DNA from: Octopus bimaculoides
Lineage: Eukaryota
Direction of reading: 5' to 3'
DNA length: 64,000 nucleotides
NCBI RefSeq assembly: GCF_001194135.2
Contig: NC_068986.1
Location: 69,765,862 to 69,829,861, forward strand
The notes under the pieces are model-generated. The model was not told where the DNA came from, searched no databases, and saw only the letters and a list, made by a program, of their open reading frames with translations. This document shows, piece by piece, positions 27,042 through 40,493 of the stretch (position 1 is the stretch's first letter; each line of letters opens with the position of its first letter). A program made the translations under genes and the position numbers.

Positions 27042-27360
27042 NNNNNNNNNNNNNNNNNNNNNNNNNNNNNNNNNNNNNNNNNNNNNNNNNNNNNNNNNNN
27101 NNNNNNNNNNNNNNNNNNNNNNNNNNNNNNNNNNNNNNNNNNNNNNNNNNNNNNNNNNNNNNNNNNNNNNNNNNNNNNNNNNNNNNNNNNNNNNNNNNNN
27201 NNNNNNNNNNNNNNNNNNNNNNNNNNNNNNNNNNNNNNNNNNNNNNNNNNNNNNNNNNNNNNNNNNNNNNNNNNNNNNNNNNNNNNNNNNNNNNNNNNNN
27301 NNNNNNNNNNNNNNNNNNNNNNNNNNNNNNNNNNNNNNNNNNNNNNNNNNNNNNNNNNNN
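27042..27360. other. Assembly gap between (GT)n on the left and (CA)n on the right
   Basis: N-run with oppositely oriented dinucleotide flanks. Confidence 0.97.
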
Positions 27361-27415
<55 letters not shown>

Positions 27416-28080
27416 AGACACACACACACACACTTACATACATACATATATACATACAAGCACAAATAGTGCCGAATTCATAGAACTGATGTGAAAGCCT
27501 TGTGGTATTTCTTTCGACTTTTAGTAATCTGAATTCCAATTCACTCTCTGGATAAAATTTAAAAAAAAAGTCTACCAGGCTAGAGTAGTGGATGGGCGGA
27601 AAGTTAGTACGATGGACAAAATGCCAGAATATTATCTGTTTGTAGGTTCAAATTCCTTTTCCTGTGACCGGAAAAACCGCGGCTCTGAGGCGGAGTAAAA
27701 AAAGATGATTGGCTCTAGAGACCTTTAAATGAAGTACCCAACCATAGCAGCTACTGACTCTGCATTCCAGTACACCAACTAGCAGGAAAGAAAGCAAGGA
27801 GGCATTCAAGTATTGATATACTCAAAGAATAACAACAAAACGTCTTGTATGTACGCATATATTCATGTACGTATGTTTATATTTACACACACAGACACAC
27901 GCACGCTCGCACGCACACACACACACACACATACACACTCATATATATATATAATTGTAATATACAAATACTTGCAAGTACACGAACATATATAAAAATG
28001 CATATATAACTACGTCATGTAGATGTTTATATTTACATATACATTTATGCATATATACGTGTATGTATGTATATAGTTGA

Positions 28081-28545
28081 AATTTATAGAAAAACAAAAG
28101 ACGATGACAGGTGTAGGAACAAGTAAGTGTATTAGTTTGATGCTCGGGGAAAACGAAAAAGTCTTTTACGTTTCAAGCCTACGCTGGACCGCTGAAATCT
28201 ACAAGTTTTTTTTTCATTCTCTCTCAGTTTATTTTCTCCTATTCCTTTCTGTTGAAGAGCGTAGGCTCGAAACGTAAAAGACTTCTGCATTTTTCCCGAG
28301 CGTCAAACTAAAACACTTGCTTGTTGTTCATACACCTGTCTTCGTCTTTCGTTTTTCTATAAATTACATCTGTATATTATAGGCTTACTTGGTTACCCCA
28401 GTTTGATCCTGATTGAACTTCCTACTCTCTGGACTTGCGTATCTTAACCACTTACCGAACTTTCAACACATCTCCTCATCAAAATACCAGCACTCCATCT
28501 GGATTGCCACTGGTTCTACTGACTCTACCTTCACTGGAGTTTATG
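28081..28545. mobile_element. Penelope-like element remnant: ~105-bp inverted repeat (28081-28185 / 28258-28365) with a hammerhead-like core
   Basis: The arms are mutual reverse complements. The motif TTGAAGA-G-CGTAGGCT-C-GAAACGTA at 28252-28276 resembles Penelope pseudo-LTR termini. Confidence 0.55.
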
Positions 28546-28585
28546 TATGTATGTTTGTATGTATGTATGTATGTGTGTATGTGTA

Positions 28586-28618
<33 letters not shown>

Positions 28619-29967
28619 GTATGTATGTATGTATGTATGTATGTATGTATGTATGTATGTATGTGTGTGTGTGTGTGTGTATGTATGTATCTATGTATCT
28701 ATGTATGTATGTATAGTCATGCATGTGAGTATATGATTGAAATAAAGAATAATGTTCAGATATATATGTATGAAACATCGAAAGAATAAAGAGAAAGCAA
28801 TGTTTGGTGCGGGGATTTCGGAACACAGCACAACCCATTAGTATTTAGGGAGTTATAATTATCTGTCGACGGTTTAACACGTTTTATATTCACTTGATAT
28901 ATCAACCTTTACTAATATGCACGTTGTCATTGCCTACCGCGCCGTATTGAATTCCTATATTTTTCTCTCTTTTAGCGCTAGAACACGTATCTGTTTCTGA
29001 CATATGAGTTCTTAGATGTTGTCGATCTGTTTTCCTGTCATCTATCTCTTACATTTCGTTTTTACATTTAGTTCCAAAACGAGGCCTATATATTTTTTTC
29101 AATTCGCCACCTTGTTTTTGGTACAAATCCGCTTTCAATGGTTGGAATATCAATTAAAGCTCACAGTGAGCTTTACCGACTGACAAAGGAAATAAAGGAA
29201 AGCTGAGACAGCTAAAAATATGAATCCACTGGTTTTAGTAAGTTATCGGATGGCAAATCACACAGCATATCGAGTACGGAAAGCATCTGAAGAAATCAGC
29301 TGGAGTAGAGTTATTGTAAAGCGACAAGTCAGGTCATCTAGTTTGCAAGAGCTGTCAGGGATAGCAGGTAAATTATGTTTGCTTGAGACTGAAATATATA
29401 TTTTCGTGGTTCTGTTAAACGAAAAACAACAAATTGCTTCTGTCAGTTTACACTAGCATAAATAACACAGCATAGACTGGTGAAAATATGTAAACTTATA
29501 TCTGTAAATATCTACTTCATAGACGAAGTTGTATATGCGCACACATAATCATCTGCACTGGAGAGAGGGATTCGATAACATTCTAATATGTAAATAAAAC
29601 GTTATTGAATCCAGTTAATGGTTAACAGCATAAACAACGTAGTGAAACAGATTTGATGATATATTCTTTTATGTCATATAATCTATATTTGAACATATAG
29701 CTATACTTTTCCTGAGACATGATATATAGCGACGATTCTATTGACAATATTTCCTGCGTGAAAATATTGTTTTCTTTATTACGATAACAAAAGAATTATG
29801 AAACCAAAGACTGCTTTAGTATCTGAAACAAATATCTCGCTATCATTTCTACCTCCCACTATTGGCAAAAATTTGCTTTGTTGAAAACTGATTCCACAAC
29901 TCTTGTTTAGTTGGAAAAAAAAACATACATCGTTTAAACACATTTCAAGGCTTTAAAGCAATATACA

Positions 29968-30128
29968 ATTCAAATTTTGGCACAAGGCCAGCAACGTCGG
30001 GAGGTGGGTAAGTCGATTACATTGACCCCCAATGCTCAACTGGTATTTATTTATCGACCACGAAAGGATGAATGGCAAACGGCACAATCGACCTCGGCGG
30101 ATTTGAATTCAAAACGTCACAAATGTCT
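29968..30128 (-). mobile_element. SINE family B, 3' two-thirds
   Basis: TTCAAATTTTGGCACAAGGCCAGCA..AAAGGATGAA..TCGACCTCGGCGGATTTGAA. Confidence 0.82.
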
Positions 30129-30428
30129 TTAGTAATACCATATATATTGAGTAATAACATATGTATTGACTAATCCATTAATCTAAAGCAAAATTGTTTT
30201 TTTTTTTAATTTGAACATAAAAACGAACATTCTCTGCTGACAACTTCCTCTGCCTAATAAAGGTAATTACCCAATCTTTCTGCTGTTTTCACAGCTATAC
30301 TCAGTTGGAAATTTACTTTCTTGTCTATAAAATACGAAACACATTCGACGATTCCAAAGTTTGTTAAAATATTGTGGCATTTATATATATATTCTGTATT
30401 TTTTGTACTCGATGTAAATACAAACATA

Positions 30429-30488
<60 letters not shown>

Positions 30489-31409
30489 CCTTTTGCCTTT
30501 GTACTAGGTCCAAAGAATAATTCAACTCAATTTTAAAGACTACCAATAAACGCACTCACTATACAGTTCCTCTTCCCCGTTGTATACTTTCGGTAGTATC
30601 ACATATCATTTGAAATGGCAACCTATGTGTATGTGATCATTAATCAGAAAATCATTTTCTCGTTGAACGGTGAAAGGAAAGTTAAATTACAAATAGAAAT
30701 ATCTGAATTCAGAACTGTCACAACGTACCTAACTTTTAATGTTGCAAGTTTGCAACCTGCCCCCTACCGACTCTGTCAACACCGGTGTTCTGAGTCATAG
30801 ATAATAAATATGTAAAGCTGAAATACATCAGTCACCGACCAGGATCTTCAAATAATCAATATCACCGCACCAGAAAAGTGGAACGAAATAAATTGATAAC
30901 TGTGAAGAGGTAGGACATATTTTACCTCTGATTGTAATTTTAATGTTTTCATATCAATAAATAAATAAACAAACAAAACAAACAAAAGAATAAATAAATA
31001 AATAAATAAATAAATGAACTTTTTTTCGCAACACTGTTAGCAACAGCCTTGATGGATTTCAGTTCATTGTAATTCCAGATTTCGAAAACGACTAATGTTT
31101 TAGAGTAGTCGTTGAACTAATATATGGAGGTACTTTGAAAAAAACCTCACGGAGTGACGACCGTGCCCTGCATAGTTATGGGCTGCCCTTTGGCAAGGCA
31201 TAGCACCCGTTCAGCCACCCTTACAGGGATACGGTGAAGTCATGGGATTGTAGCATGTTGGATTGTGAAGAGGTAGCAGAATAGCTCAACTAAGCCAACG
31301 GTGCTTCTTACATTGATGCTGAGTGGAAGAATCCTAGATCAGCAATCAGGATTACCAAGCTCTGTCAAGAGAGTAACTGCAACACATCCACAGGAGCGGC
31401 GTAATCAGC

Positions 31410-31535
31410 TAATCAAAGATTCACTATGACTCAAGCCTGAGGACTCTAACCTCATGACCCACTGAGGAACAGTGGGTGGGTAACGACAGAGAGTCATGGG
31501 GATCCGTGCAAGCAGCGCGACCAAAATGAGACATT
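31410..31535 (+). mobile_element. Decayed RTE-like LINE extreme 3' end
   Basis: Translates QLIKDSL*LKPEDSNLM...RVMGIRASSAT, similar to RTE C-termini of the family at 11350 and 39550. Confidence 0.4.
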
Positions 31536-32152
31536 GAACTAGGAACCTTGTATGTCTAAATCAGGCATAGGCACCCTATTTAGAGAAGAGGGCCACATGA
31601 GATATGGTTCATTATTAACTGGGCCGCGCTACTGATAAACGTTCTTTTGTTCGTGAAATCAAGCAAGCTGTTCAGTAAGGCACGCGGGTTGTAGCTTGCC
31701 CGTGACAAGCTTAAATCCAAGAATGCAACTTCATTTTACTTCCCTATCGACGCAATTTCACGTTCAGTACACTGTGAATATGCTCAGAAGAGCATCAATA
31801 TCACAATATTCTATCCTGTCGTCAAATAAAAATGTGAGCGATATCTGTTAAGGCAAATGTTATTTATGGTTTGTATAATTCAAACTATTTAAAGTTAGTG
31901 CGAGTAATGTAAAAACACAAAGGTAATTCAGAAAATATACATATCGCAAGGTAGTGTAAAAAAAAAAGCAACAACAGCGGTCATTGGTCTGTATTTTAGT
32001 TTATAAATATTTTAAATTGTTATTTATGAGATATTCTGAATATAGTTTCACGTGTCAATCAGAAGACTCATTTCTACATCTTTAATTCTTTCCACGTCTT
32101 ACTCTTTCAATCGTACATTTCATATCTATTTCATATACATATACATACATAC

Positions 32153-32262
32153 ATGCAAGAGTGGCTGTGTGGTAAGTAGCTTGCTTACCAACCACATGGT
32201 TCTGGGTTCAGTCCCACTGCGTGGCACTTTGGGGAAGTGTCTTCTACTATAGCCTCGTCGTA

Positions 32263-32270
<8 letters not shown>
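32153..32270 (+). mobile_element. SINE family A 5' half with an internal deletion, running into (TA)n and a gap
   Basis: GAGTGGCTGTGTGGTAAGTAGCTTGCTTACCAACCACATGGTTCTGGGTTCAGTCCCACTGCGTGGCAC. Confidence 0.9.
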
Positions 32271-32297
<27 letters not shown>

Positions 32298-33187
32298 NNN
32301 NNNNNNNNNNNNNNNNNNNNNNNNNNNNNNNNNNNNNNNNNNNNNNNNNNNNNNNNNNNNNNNNNNNNNNNNNNNNNNNNNNNNNNNNNNNNNNNNNNNN
32401 NNNNNNNNNNNNNNNNNNNNNNNNNNNNNNNNNNNNNNNNNNNNNNNNNNNNNNNNNNNNNNNNNNNNNNNNNNNNNNNNNNNNNNNNNNNNNNNNNNNN
32501 NNNNNNNNNNNNNNNNNNNNNNNNNNNNNNNNNNNNNNNNNNNNNNNNNNNNNNNNNNNNNNNNNNNNNNNNNNNNNNNNNNNNNNNNNNNNNNNNNNNN
32601 NNNNNNNNNNNNNNNNNNNNNNNNNNNNNNNNNNNNNNNNNNNNNNNNNNNNNNNNNNNNNNNNNNNNNNNNNNNNNNNNNNNNNNNNNNNNNNNNNNNN
32701 NNNNNNNNNNNNNNNNNNNNNNNNNNNNNNNNNNNNNNNNNNNNNNNNNNNNNNNNNNNNNNNNNNNNNNNNNNNNNNNNNNNNNNNNNNNNNNNNNNNN
32801 NNNNNNNNNNNNNNNNNNNNNNNNNNNNNNNNNNNNNNNNNNNNNNNNNNNNNNNNNNNNNNNNNNNNNNNNNNNNNNNNNNNNNNNNNNNNNNNNNNNN
32901 NNNNNNNNNNNNNNNNNNNNNNNNNNNNNNNNNNNNNNNNNNNNNNNNNNNNNNNNNNNNNNNNNNNNNNNNNNNNNNNNNNNNNNNNNNNNNNNNNNNN
33001 NNNNNNNNNNNNNNNNNNNNNNNNNNNNNNNNNNNNNNNNNNNNNNNNNNNNNNNNNNNNNNNNNNNNNNNNNNNNNNNNNNNNNNNNNNNNNNNNNNNN
33101 NNNNNNNNNNNNNNNNNNNNNNNNNNNNNNNNNNNNNNNNNNNNNNNNNNNNNNNNNNNNNNNNNNNNNNNNNNNNNNNNNNNNNNT
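32298..33187. other. Assembly gap
   Basis: N-run. Confidence 0.98.
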
Positions 33188-33189
33188 TT

Positions 33190-33349
33190 ACATGTTTCAG
33201 TCAATCCACCTTTAGTCGAACAAATCGACTTATTCAAATCGACTTATTCTTTGTAAGCCTAGTACTTATTCTATCGGAGCCTTTTGCCGAACCGCTAAGT
33301 TACGGGTACGTAAACACACTAACATCGGTTGTCAAGCAATGGTGGGGGC

Positions 33350-33410
<61 letters not shown>

Positions 33411-33540
33411 CGACGGGCTTCATTCGGTTATCTGTCTACCAAATCCACTCAAAAGGCTTTGGTCGGTGCAAGGCAGTGGGATTGAATTCGGAACCATGTG
33501 GTTGGGAAGCAAGCTTCTTACCACACAGCCATGTCTGAGC
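33190..33540 (-). mobile_element. SINE family A with deletions and a 14-bp tandem duplication
   Basis: Homologous to 12030-12506; AAATCGACTTATTC occurs twice in tandem near 33217-33250. Confidence 0.85.
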
Positions 33541-34119
33541 AATGCGTCCCATTGGTCTGTTACTCGTCTGTATGCGTTATACATACAAACATACATGCAT
33601 ACACACACACGCGCACACACACACAGAAATTTAATGTACACAGTATGTTGTTATGAGGTACTAATAGTTTCATACGCTTGAGACATGGTCTAGGCTCATT
33701 TCCTATTCCCTTTCTTTTTCCGTTTGTTCGCCCTTCCACTTTTTGCATCCACCTTCCTCTTGTGACTTTTCCTATTCTATCCTCCACATTTACAATTTGT
33801 ATAAGCCATGTGTCTAGGGCCAGAAGATTACTTGGTTACACAAGGCGTGTTATAAAAGTCTGCCTAAACAACGTCTCTAGTGTATGAAACTATTAGTCGC
33901 CCATTGCTACTTGTGTACATTAAACGATATTTATCTTTCGACGGATAGAGTACTTTTTTTCTTCATTTTACCTTAATGAAAAAGTAAACGGTATATGTCT
34001 AAATATATTTATACAGGGAGAGAGAGAGAGAGAGAGGTGGAGAAAGGAGATAGATAGATAGATAATTATCGTCGTCATTGACTCTTCCCTTTATATATAT
34101 ACACACACATATATGTATA

Positions 34120-34300
<181 letters not shown>

Positions 34301-35517
34301 GTATGTGGGAACCTCTGAAAGTGCAAACCTCTAAATATGTGGTTAATAGTCCGAAAAATTATAATCTTAATTTCTAAATGTGTTCTAGCAGCATATTCAT
34401 TGGCACTTTCCATCTTCACAGAACACTCCAACGCTACAGCTACATAATATTGCTTTGCCATGAACTATGAATGTTAACCAGTACAAAGCACTGTATTTTG
34501 AACTGAATGCCACATACCACGACCAGCCCACTAATTTACTAGCCTTGCTAAAGCTGCTACAAATTAACCACTTTAGATAAAGCTAGGTAGAGGGAAGAAA
34601 GGAGCTTATGTAGCATTCACAATATATTAACTACAAGTAACAGAGGGATGATTCGATGGAAACGAGAAAAGCAATTGTATAAAGGAGTTGCAGTTATATA
34701 CAGAATGTTTCATTAATCAATACTTTTTATTAGAACATTGAAATGTATATTAATTTTGGTATATAATTTACCAATGTCAAAATTACAGCAATATCGTAAT
34801 GGATAAATTTCAAAGTTAAGAATCGGCACAAATTGATAAAATGCCTGTCTGTTGCTCTATCTGCCTCTGTTCTCCATTTCTAGCTTTCTTCGTTGCCATT
34901 TTTCAGTTCTTATAATACTTTCTCTGTCTCCTTGAAAAGCCATGTCGTTGAAAAGTCATATCGCACTCTATAGATTTATACTCGATACTCTAAAACAGCA
35001 GGCAGATAGGAAACCGGCACAGACGTTATTCGATTTTGACATAAGCTTCGTATTCAAACAAGGATCACCTCACGCATTCATACACCGTCTTGTAATTGTA
35101 ATAGTTTATTTATAAATATGCCTATGCATAAGTAAATGCATACAACCAATTAATAGATGTAGTTACATCATAACTATAATGATAGATCATAAAGTACTCA
35201 TAAATACAACGAATACAGACACAATGGGATATGTTACAATTATCATATAAATAAAAAATTTGTATGTGAAGATGCATAAAATTAATAAGCAGAATCAATT
35301 CCATATTTGACGTTTAATACCATTTTGGCACATCCGCAAGGTTTTCTTGGCACTTTGCAGACGTGATGTGTCATCGACTTCCTTTGGAGTTTAATCTCTT
35401 CTCTCAACTTGATTCTATTCGACACGCTTCCGCATCGTTTCCGCCACTCGAACTCCACTCACATGTCATTGGTTAAACCGTGGCTATATACGTTCATATG
35501 TGTGTGTGTGTGTGTGT

Positions 35518-35558
<41 letters not shown>

Positions 35559-35562
35559 TACA

Positions 35563-35976
35563 CACAGGCGTGTGTGTACGCGCGCGCGTACGTTTATATA
35601 TATGGCCGTGTGGTAAGAAGTTTGCTTCCTACTCATCCAACAATATGGTTCTGTCCCACTGCGTAGCACCTTCAGAAGAGTCTTCTACTATAGTTTCCGG
35701 CTAATTACAGACTTCAGAGTGGATTTGGTAGACGGAAACTGAAAGGAGCCCGTCGTGTATATATATATATATGAATGTTTGTATGTCTGTGTTTGTCCCC
35801 CACCATTGCTTGACAACCGATGTTGGTGTGTTTACGTTCCCGTAACTTAACGGTTCAGCAAAAGAGACTGATAGAATAAGTACTAGGCTTACAAGGAATA
35901 AGTTCTGGGGTCGATTTGTTTCACTGAAATTTCTCAAGAAGGCTGTAGTCTAATGACTGCAGGTAAGAGATAAAAG
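35563..35976 (+). mobile_element. SINE family A, diverged, head split by a short microsatellite
   Basis: CACAGGCGTG[...]GGCCGTGTGGTAAGAAGTTTGCTTCC..TTGACAACCGATG..GTAGTCTAATGACTG. Confidence 0.8.
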
Positions 35977-36059
35977 CTATAAAATATATAAATATATGTA
36001 TTAAATATTCGTACACTATTGGTCATGGTCGACGTTGAAAAGATTCTTCTCTCCCCCAC

Positions 36060-36094
<35 letters not shown>

Positions 36095-36757
36095 AATGTG
36101 TGTGTGTGTGGTGTGTATATGTATGTGTTCGTGTATGTGTGCGTGTGTGTGTGCGCGCGAGCGTGTTTGTGTGCGTGCTCGTGTATTAGTATATACATGC
36201 ACATCTTTCTCTACATATGTGTCTGGGTTTGTGTCTGTGTGTGTGGGGGGGGGAGGTGCGAGCGACGTGTTCGTGTGCGTGCTCGTGTATTAGTATATAC
36301 ATACATATACAGAACACACATTTGTTTTCTTAACTGCAGTAATAATTTACTTTGTTTAGACCATTGTTCAAAGGTTTAATAGGCCCCACAGACGAAGCAT
36401 TACAACAGAATTGCGAGCCATCCTTTCATAAAACGTCCTTGATCCTCAATGAAATTATTTCACTGTGTCTGTCTAATTCCATCCATTTGTGAGTAGATGC
36501 AAGATTCCACGCCTATGAAGCTAGAGAAGTTAACGCTAAGCAACGCAAGAACTCAGTTTCCCATCAGCATCACAAACTGTCTCAGTTTTGTTATCGAATT
36601 AGAATCGCCTGGACCTTATTTGAGTTTGTATACGATAACTGTTGTGCATTGTTCTATAAGCTTATGTGAAAGTGTACAACCCATCGAATTATCTCAACTA
36701 AGAAAATTGTTTCATTCTCTTGAGGAATCTGTAAATTTGGTTTTCTTGAGTTTTCAG

Positions 36758-36900
36758 ACGCTATTGTTAAGAATACCGAAGTTAAGAGTTGTGACATTCA
36801 TACGACAAAGACGAATTGCGCTTAGAATTCACTATAGCAACAATCACTTATTGCTTTATGTGTATCACTGTGTTGAAATTATTTGGTACTGATATCTACG
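36758..36900 (+). other. Candidate exon (acceptor TTTTCAG at 36757, donor ACG|GTAAGT at 36901); could encode MCITVLKLFGTDIY from ATG 36858
   Basis: Consensus splice signals bracket non-repetitive sequence; no homology recognised. Confidence 0.25.
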
Positions 36901-38274
36901 GTAAGTATGACAAAGAATATATATTTAGGAAAAGAAGAAAAAGATTTCATAAAGATGACTCATGAAATACGAATTCATTCATCAAATTGACATTTAACAA
37001 CAGCCACAGTTGTTGAATGTCCATGTTATCCTTCTCCAGTTCCTCCGGTAAAAATTAATTTGATTTTAGCTTGTAAATGTATTGGCTGTCGATGTTGAAT
37101 ATCAGTTGTAGTCCTAAGCAGTCTAATACAACAATAATCAATTATAAAGTATTTCTTCTATGTATACTTATAAGCTTACAGTTTACAATTCATCATAGAA
37201 CCTGTTTCGAGGTAGGTGAACTAAGCTATTCAAAGTTTAATCGCACTAAAATTCAATAACGGTCACATAAGGTGAACTGTCGATTTTTCAGCTTTTAGAG
37301 GAATCCTATTGACTTGGTAAGATGCAGTTTGCATACTACATTTACATTTAACCGAACAGAATATGTTGTAGTGCATCTACCAATGAGAAACTGAGTCTAT
37401 ACAAATCTGTTTTAGAATGCTGCAGTAGAAAGAGATGTTTGAATTTTAGAAATGTTAGCGACAACAGTTTTCAATTCGTAAGTTCTAAGTTCTCAATAAA
37501 GAAAGGCATCTTTTTAGAAATCCCACGAGAGGAAAGTTCTTCTATGCAAAATAGATTTTTATGGTGGATCCGATTTTACTACTGCTTTCATTTATTATTT
37601 GCCGAATTCAACAGACATTTTTATTCGTGTATTTTGACAGATTTCCCTTTCTCTCTTGTTAGTCGTTTTTATCTCAGATTTTGCTATCCTTGTGCATTAC
37701 ATCACGTATGATGCCGTTCTTCTCCGTTGCCTCTCCTTCCGATATTAAGATATCTTAAATCATCTCTAAAGTTTCCATCTTATAGATATAAATAGTTTTC
37801 AGGCTGAATATATAAAGTGGAGAGATAGAAAAAAATATACCCACTGATTTCGAACTGTTGAGTGGATGAGAACAATTTATTTTGTGATGACATAAAATGC
37901 GATTTATCATTTATTGATATTGCATATTATTCAGAGAAAACAATGAACGTATTCACTATCATACGAGCAGTAATGAAAAACTCGGAGTACTTCTTTAAAT
38001 CCTTTTGTTGGGTCAGTGTATTGTTAATATCAGTAGGGTGACGTCAACAGTATTCTTTCATGCAAAAATATGTTGCAGAAATTTTTTTTTTTTAAGTTTT
38101 AGAATTTTCATGAAAGACTATTAAATTTTAAAACATATTTGTCAAATGCGATGTGCTGTCAGGATGTAATGTCACGCAATTTTGTCTTATCAAATTGGAT
38201 ATGGGAGAAAAAGGCCCATGCGAGGGAGAATTCGTTTAACAACGATTTACAGGTGCTAAATTATACTGAGTGCC

Positions 38275-38338
38275 NNNNNNNNNNNNNNNNNNNNNNNNNN
38301 NNNNNNNNNNNNNNNNNNNNNNNNNNNNNNNNNNNNNN
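38275..38338. other. Assembly gap (64 N)
   Basis: N-run. Confidence 0.98.
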
Positions 38339-39264
38339 GTAAGAAACGTTTCTTTAAAGCCATCGCTAGCTAAAATTTTATTGTATTATAGGCAGATCTT
38401 ATCATTGATAGTAGTAACTTTCTAAAAACTTAAGGGTGTGGAGAGACTGCTTAGTATATGTTTTAATTCGGTTGACGGAATGTCTGTGAGTATTTGATTC
38501 TAAGCGAAAGAGGTACGCAATCTACTTTGGTAGATATAGTAATTTTAACTGACAGTGATTTTTTTTATTTATTTTTTATTTTTTTTTATATAAGTATCTA
38601 GTGTGTAAGCGTCATAATGATGAGACAGCGTTAAAAAGTCGTCACGAAACAACTCTGAAAGGGGTTCACTATATACAGGCCCCTGAGTTTGAAACTATAA
38701 TTACGTCCAAATCCTTACAGGTTCTGATTTCTTGACCCAAGGTGATACTTCATCAAAAAGTACAATTTGTAGTGTGTGAATAATTATTTCGTGTCCTATT
38801 TAATATAAGCGACTTATCGTCTAGCGAATTTCAGTGCCTTATCTTGCAGGAAAGTAGATTTCAGGATCAGAAATCTACAATGAGATGTCCTAATTTTATT
38901 ATGTATTTGAACCGTCTGATAACCGTTTTATGTATTTGAACTATCTAATAACCGTGCTGGAGTCTATTTCGGTTGCTAAGAGTAATATTTATATTTCTTA
39001 AGATCTTTTACTTCTTAAACTTAATTTATATTTAAGATCCTTTTACTTATTAAACCCATTTCCGTTTTTGCTAGGTTAGTAAGTGTAAACTAGCAAAGTC
39101 TATATTGCAATCTTTCAAAGTAATGAAAACTTTCCGCTTATCTGAAGATACATTTCTATTTTCCATGTAGATTTCATAACTAACTTCGCTGATTTTGTTA
39201 AAGTTTTACTTTCTACATTTTCTTATAATTAACACTTATACATAGCACTATCTTCCTAGCGGAG

Positions 39265-39470
39265 AAGGCGGCGAGCTGGTAGAATTACTAGCACGCTTAG
39301 CGGCATTTCGTCCGTCTTTACGTTCCGATTTCAAATTCCTCTGAGATCGACTTTTCCTTTCATCTTTTTGGGATCGATAAAACAAGTACCAGTTGAATAG
39401 TGGAGTCGATATAATTGACTAGTCCCCTCCTCCAACATTTCAGACCATGTGCCAATAGTAGAAAGGGTTA
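39265..39470 (+). mobile_element. SINE family B, near full length
   Basis: AAGGCGGCGAGCTGGTAGAATTACTAGCACG..GACCATGTGCCAATAGTAGAAAG. Confidence 0.85.
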
Positions 39471-39549
39471 TCTTCCTTGTGGAGACAGTTTTAATTAGAG
39501 GAGTTTAAATATATGCTTGGCGGAGGACTGCGCTCTCCGAGTGCTTTTC

Positions 39550-40150
<601 letters not shown>

Positions 40151-40437
40151 AGAGACAGAGAGACAATGTGTGTTTATGTGCGTATATGCACGCGCTCGTG
40201 CGTGTGGTGTGTGTGTGGTTTTCGACCGGGTAACCACCCGAGGCCATAGATGGATAGATTGTTGTTACAGCAAAATATCCCCTAACATAGGAAATAACTT
40301 CTACAGCGCTGGCTCCTGCAAAGATTTTGATAGTTTTTGATTAATCTGTGTTGATTAGTTTGCCCGCTGTCATATACGTTGAATTTTTGTATGCATTACC
40401 AGCTATTTACGTCTACAAATCTGCTTGCCTAACGAAG

Positions 40438-40493
<56 letters not shown>

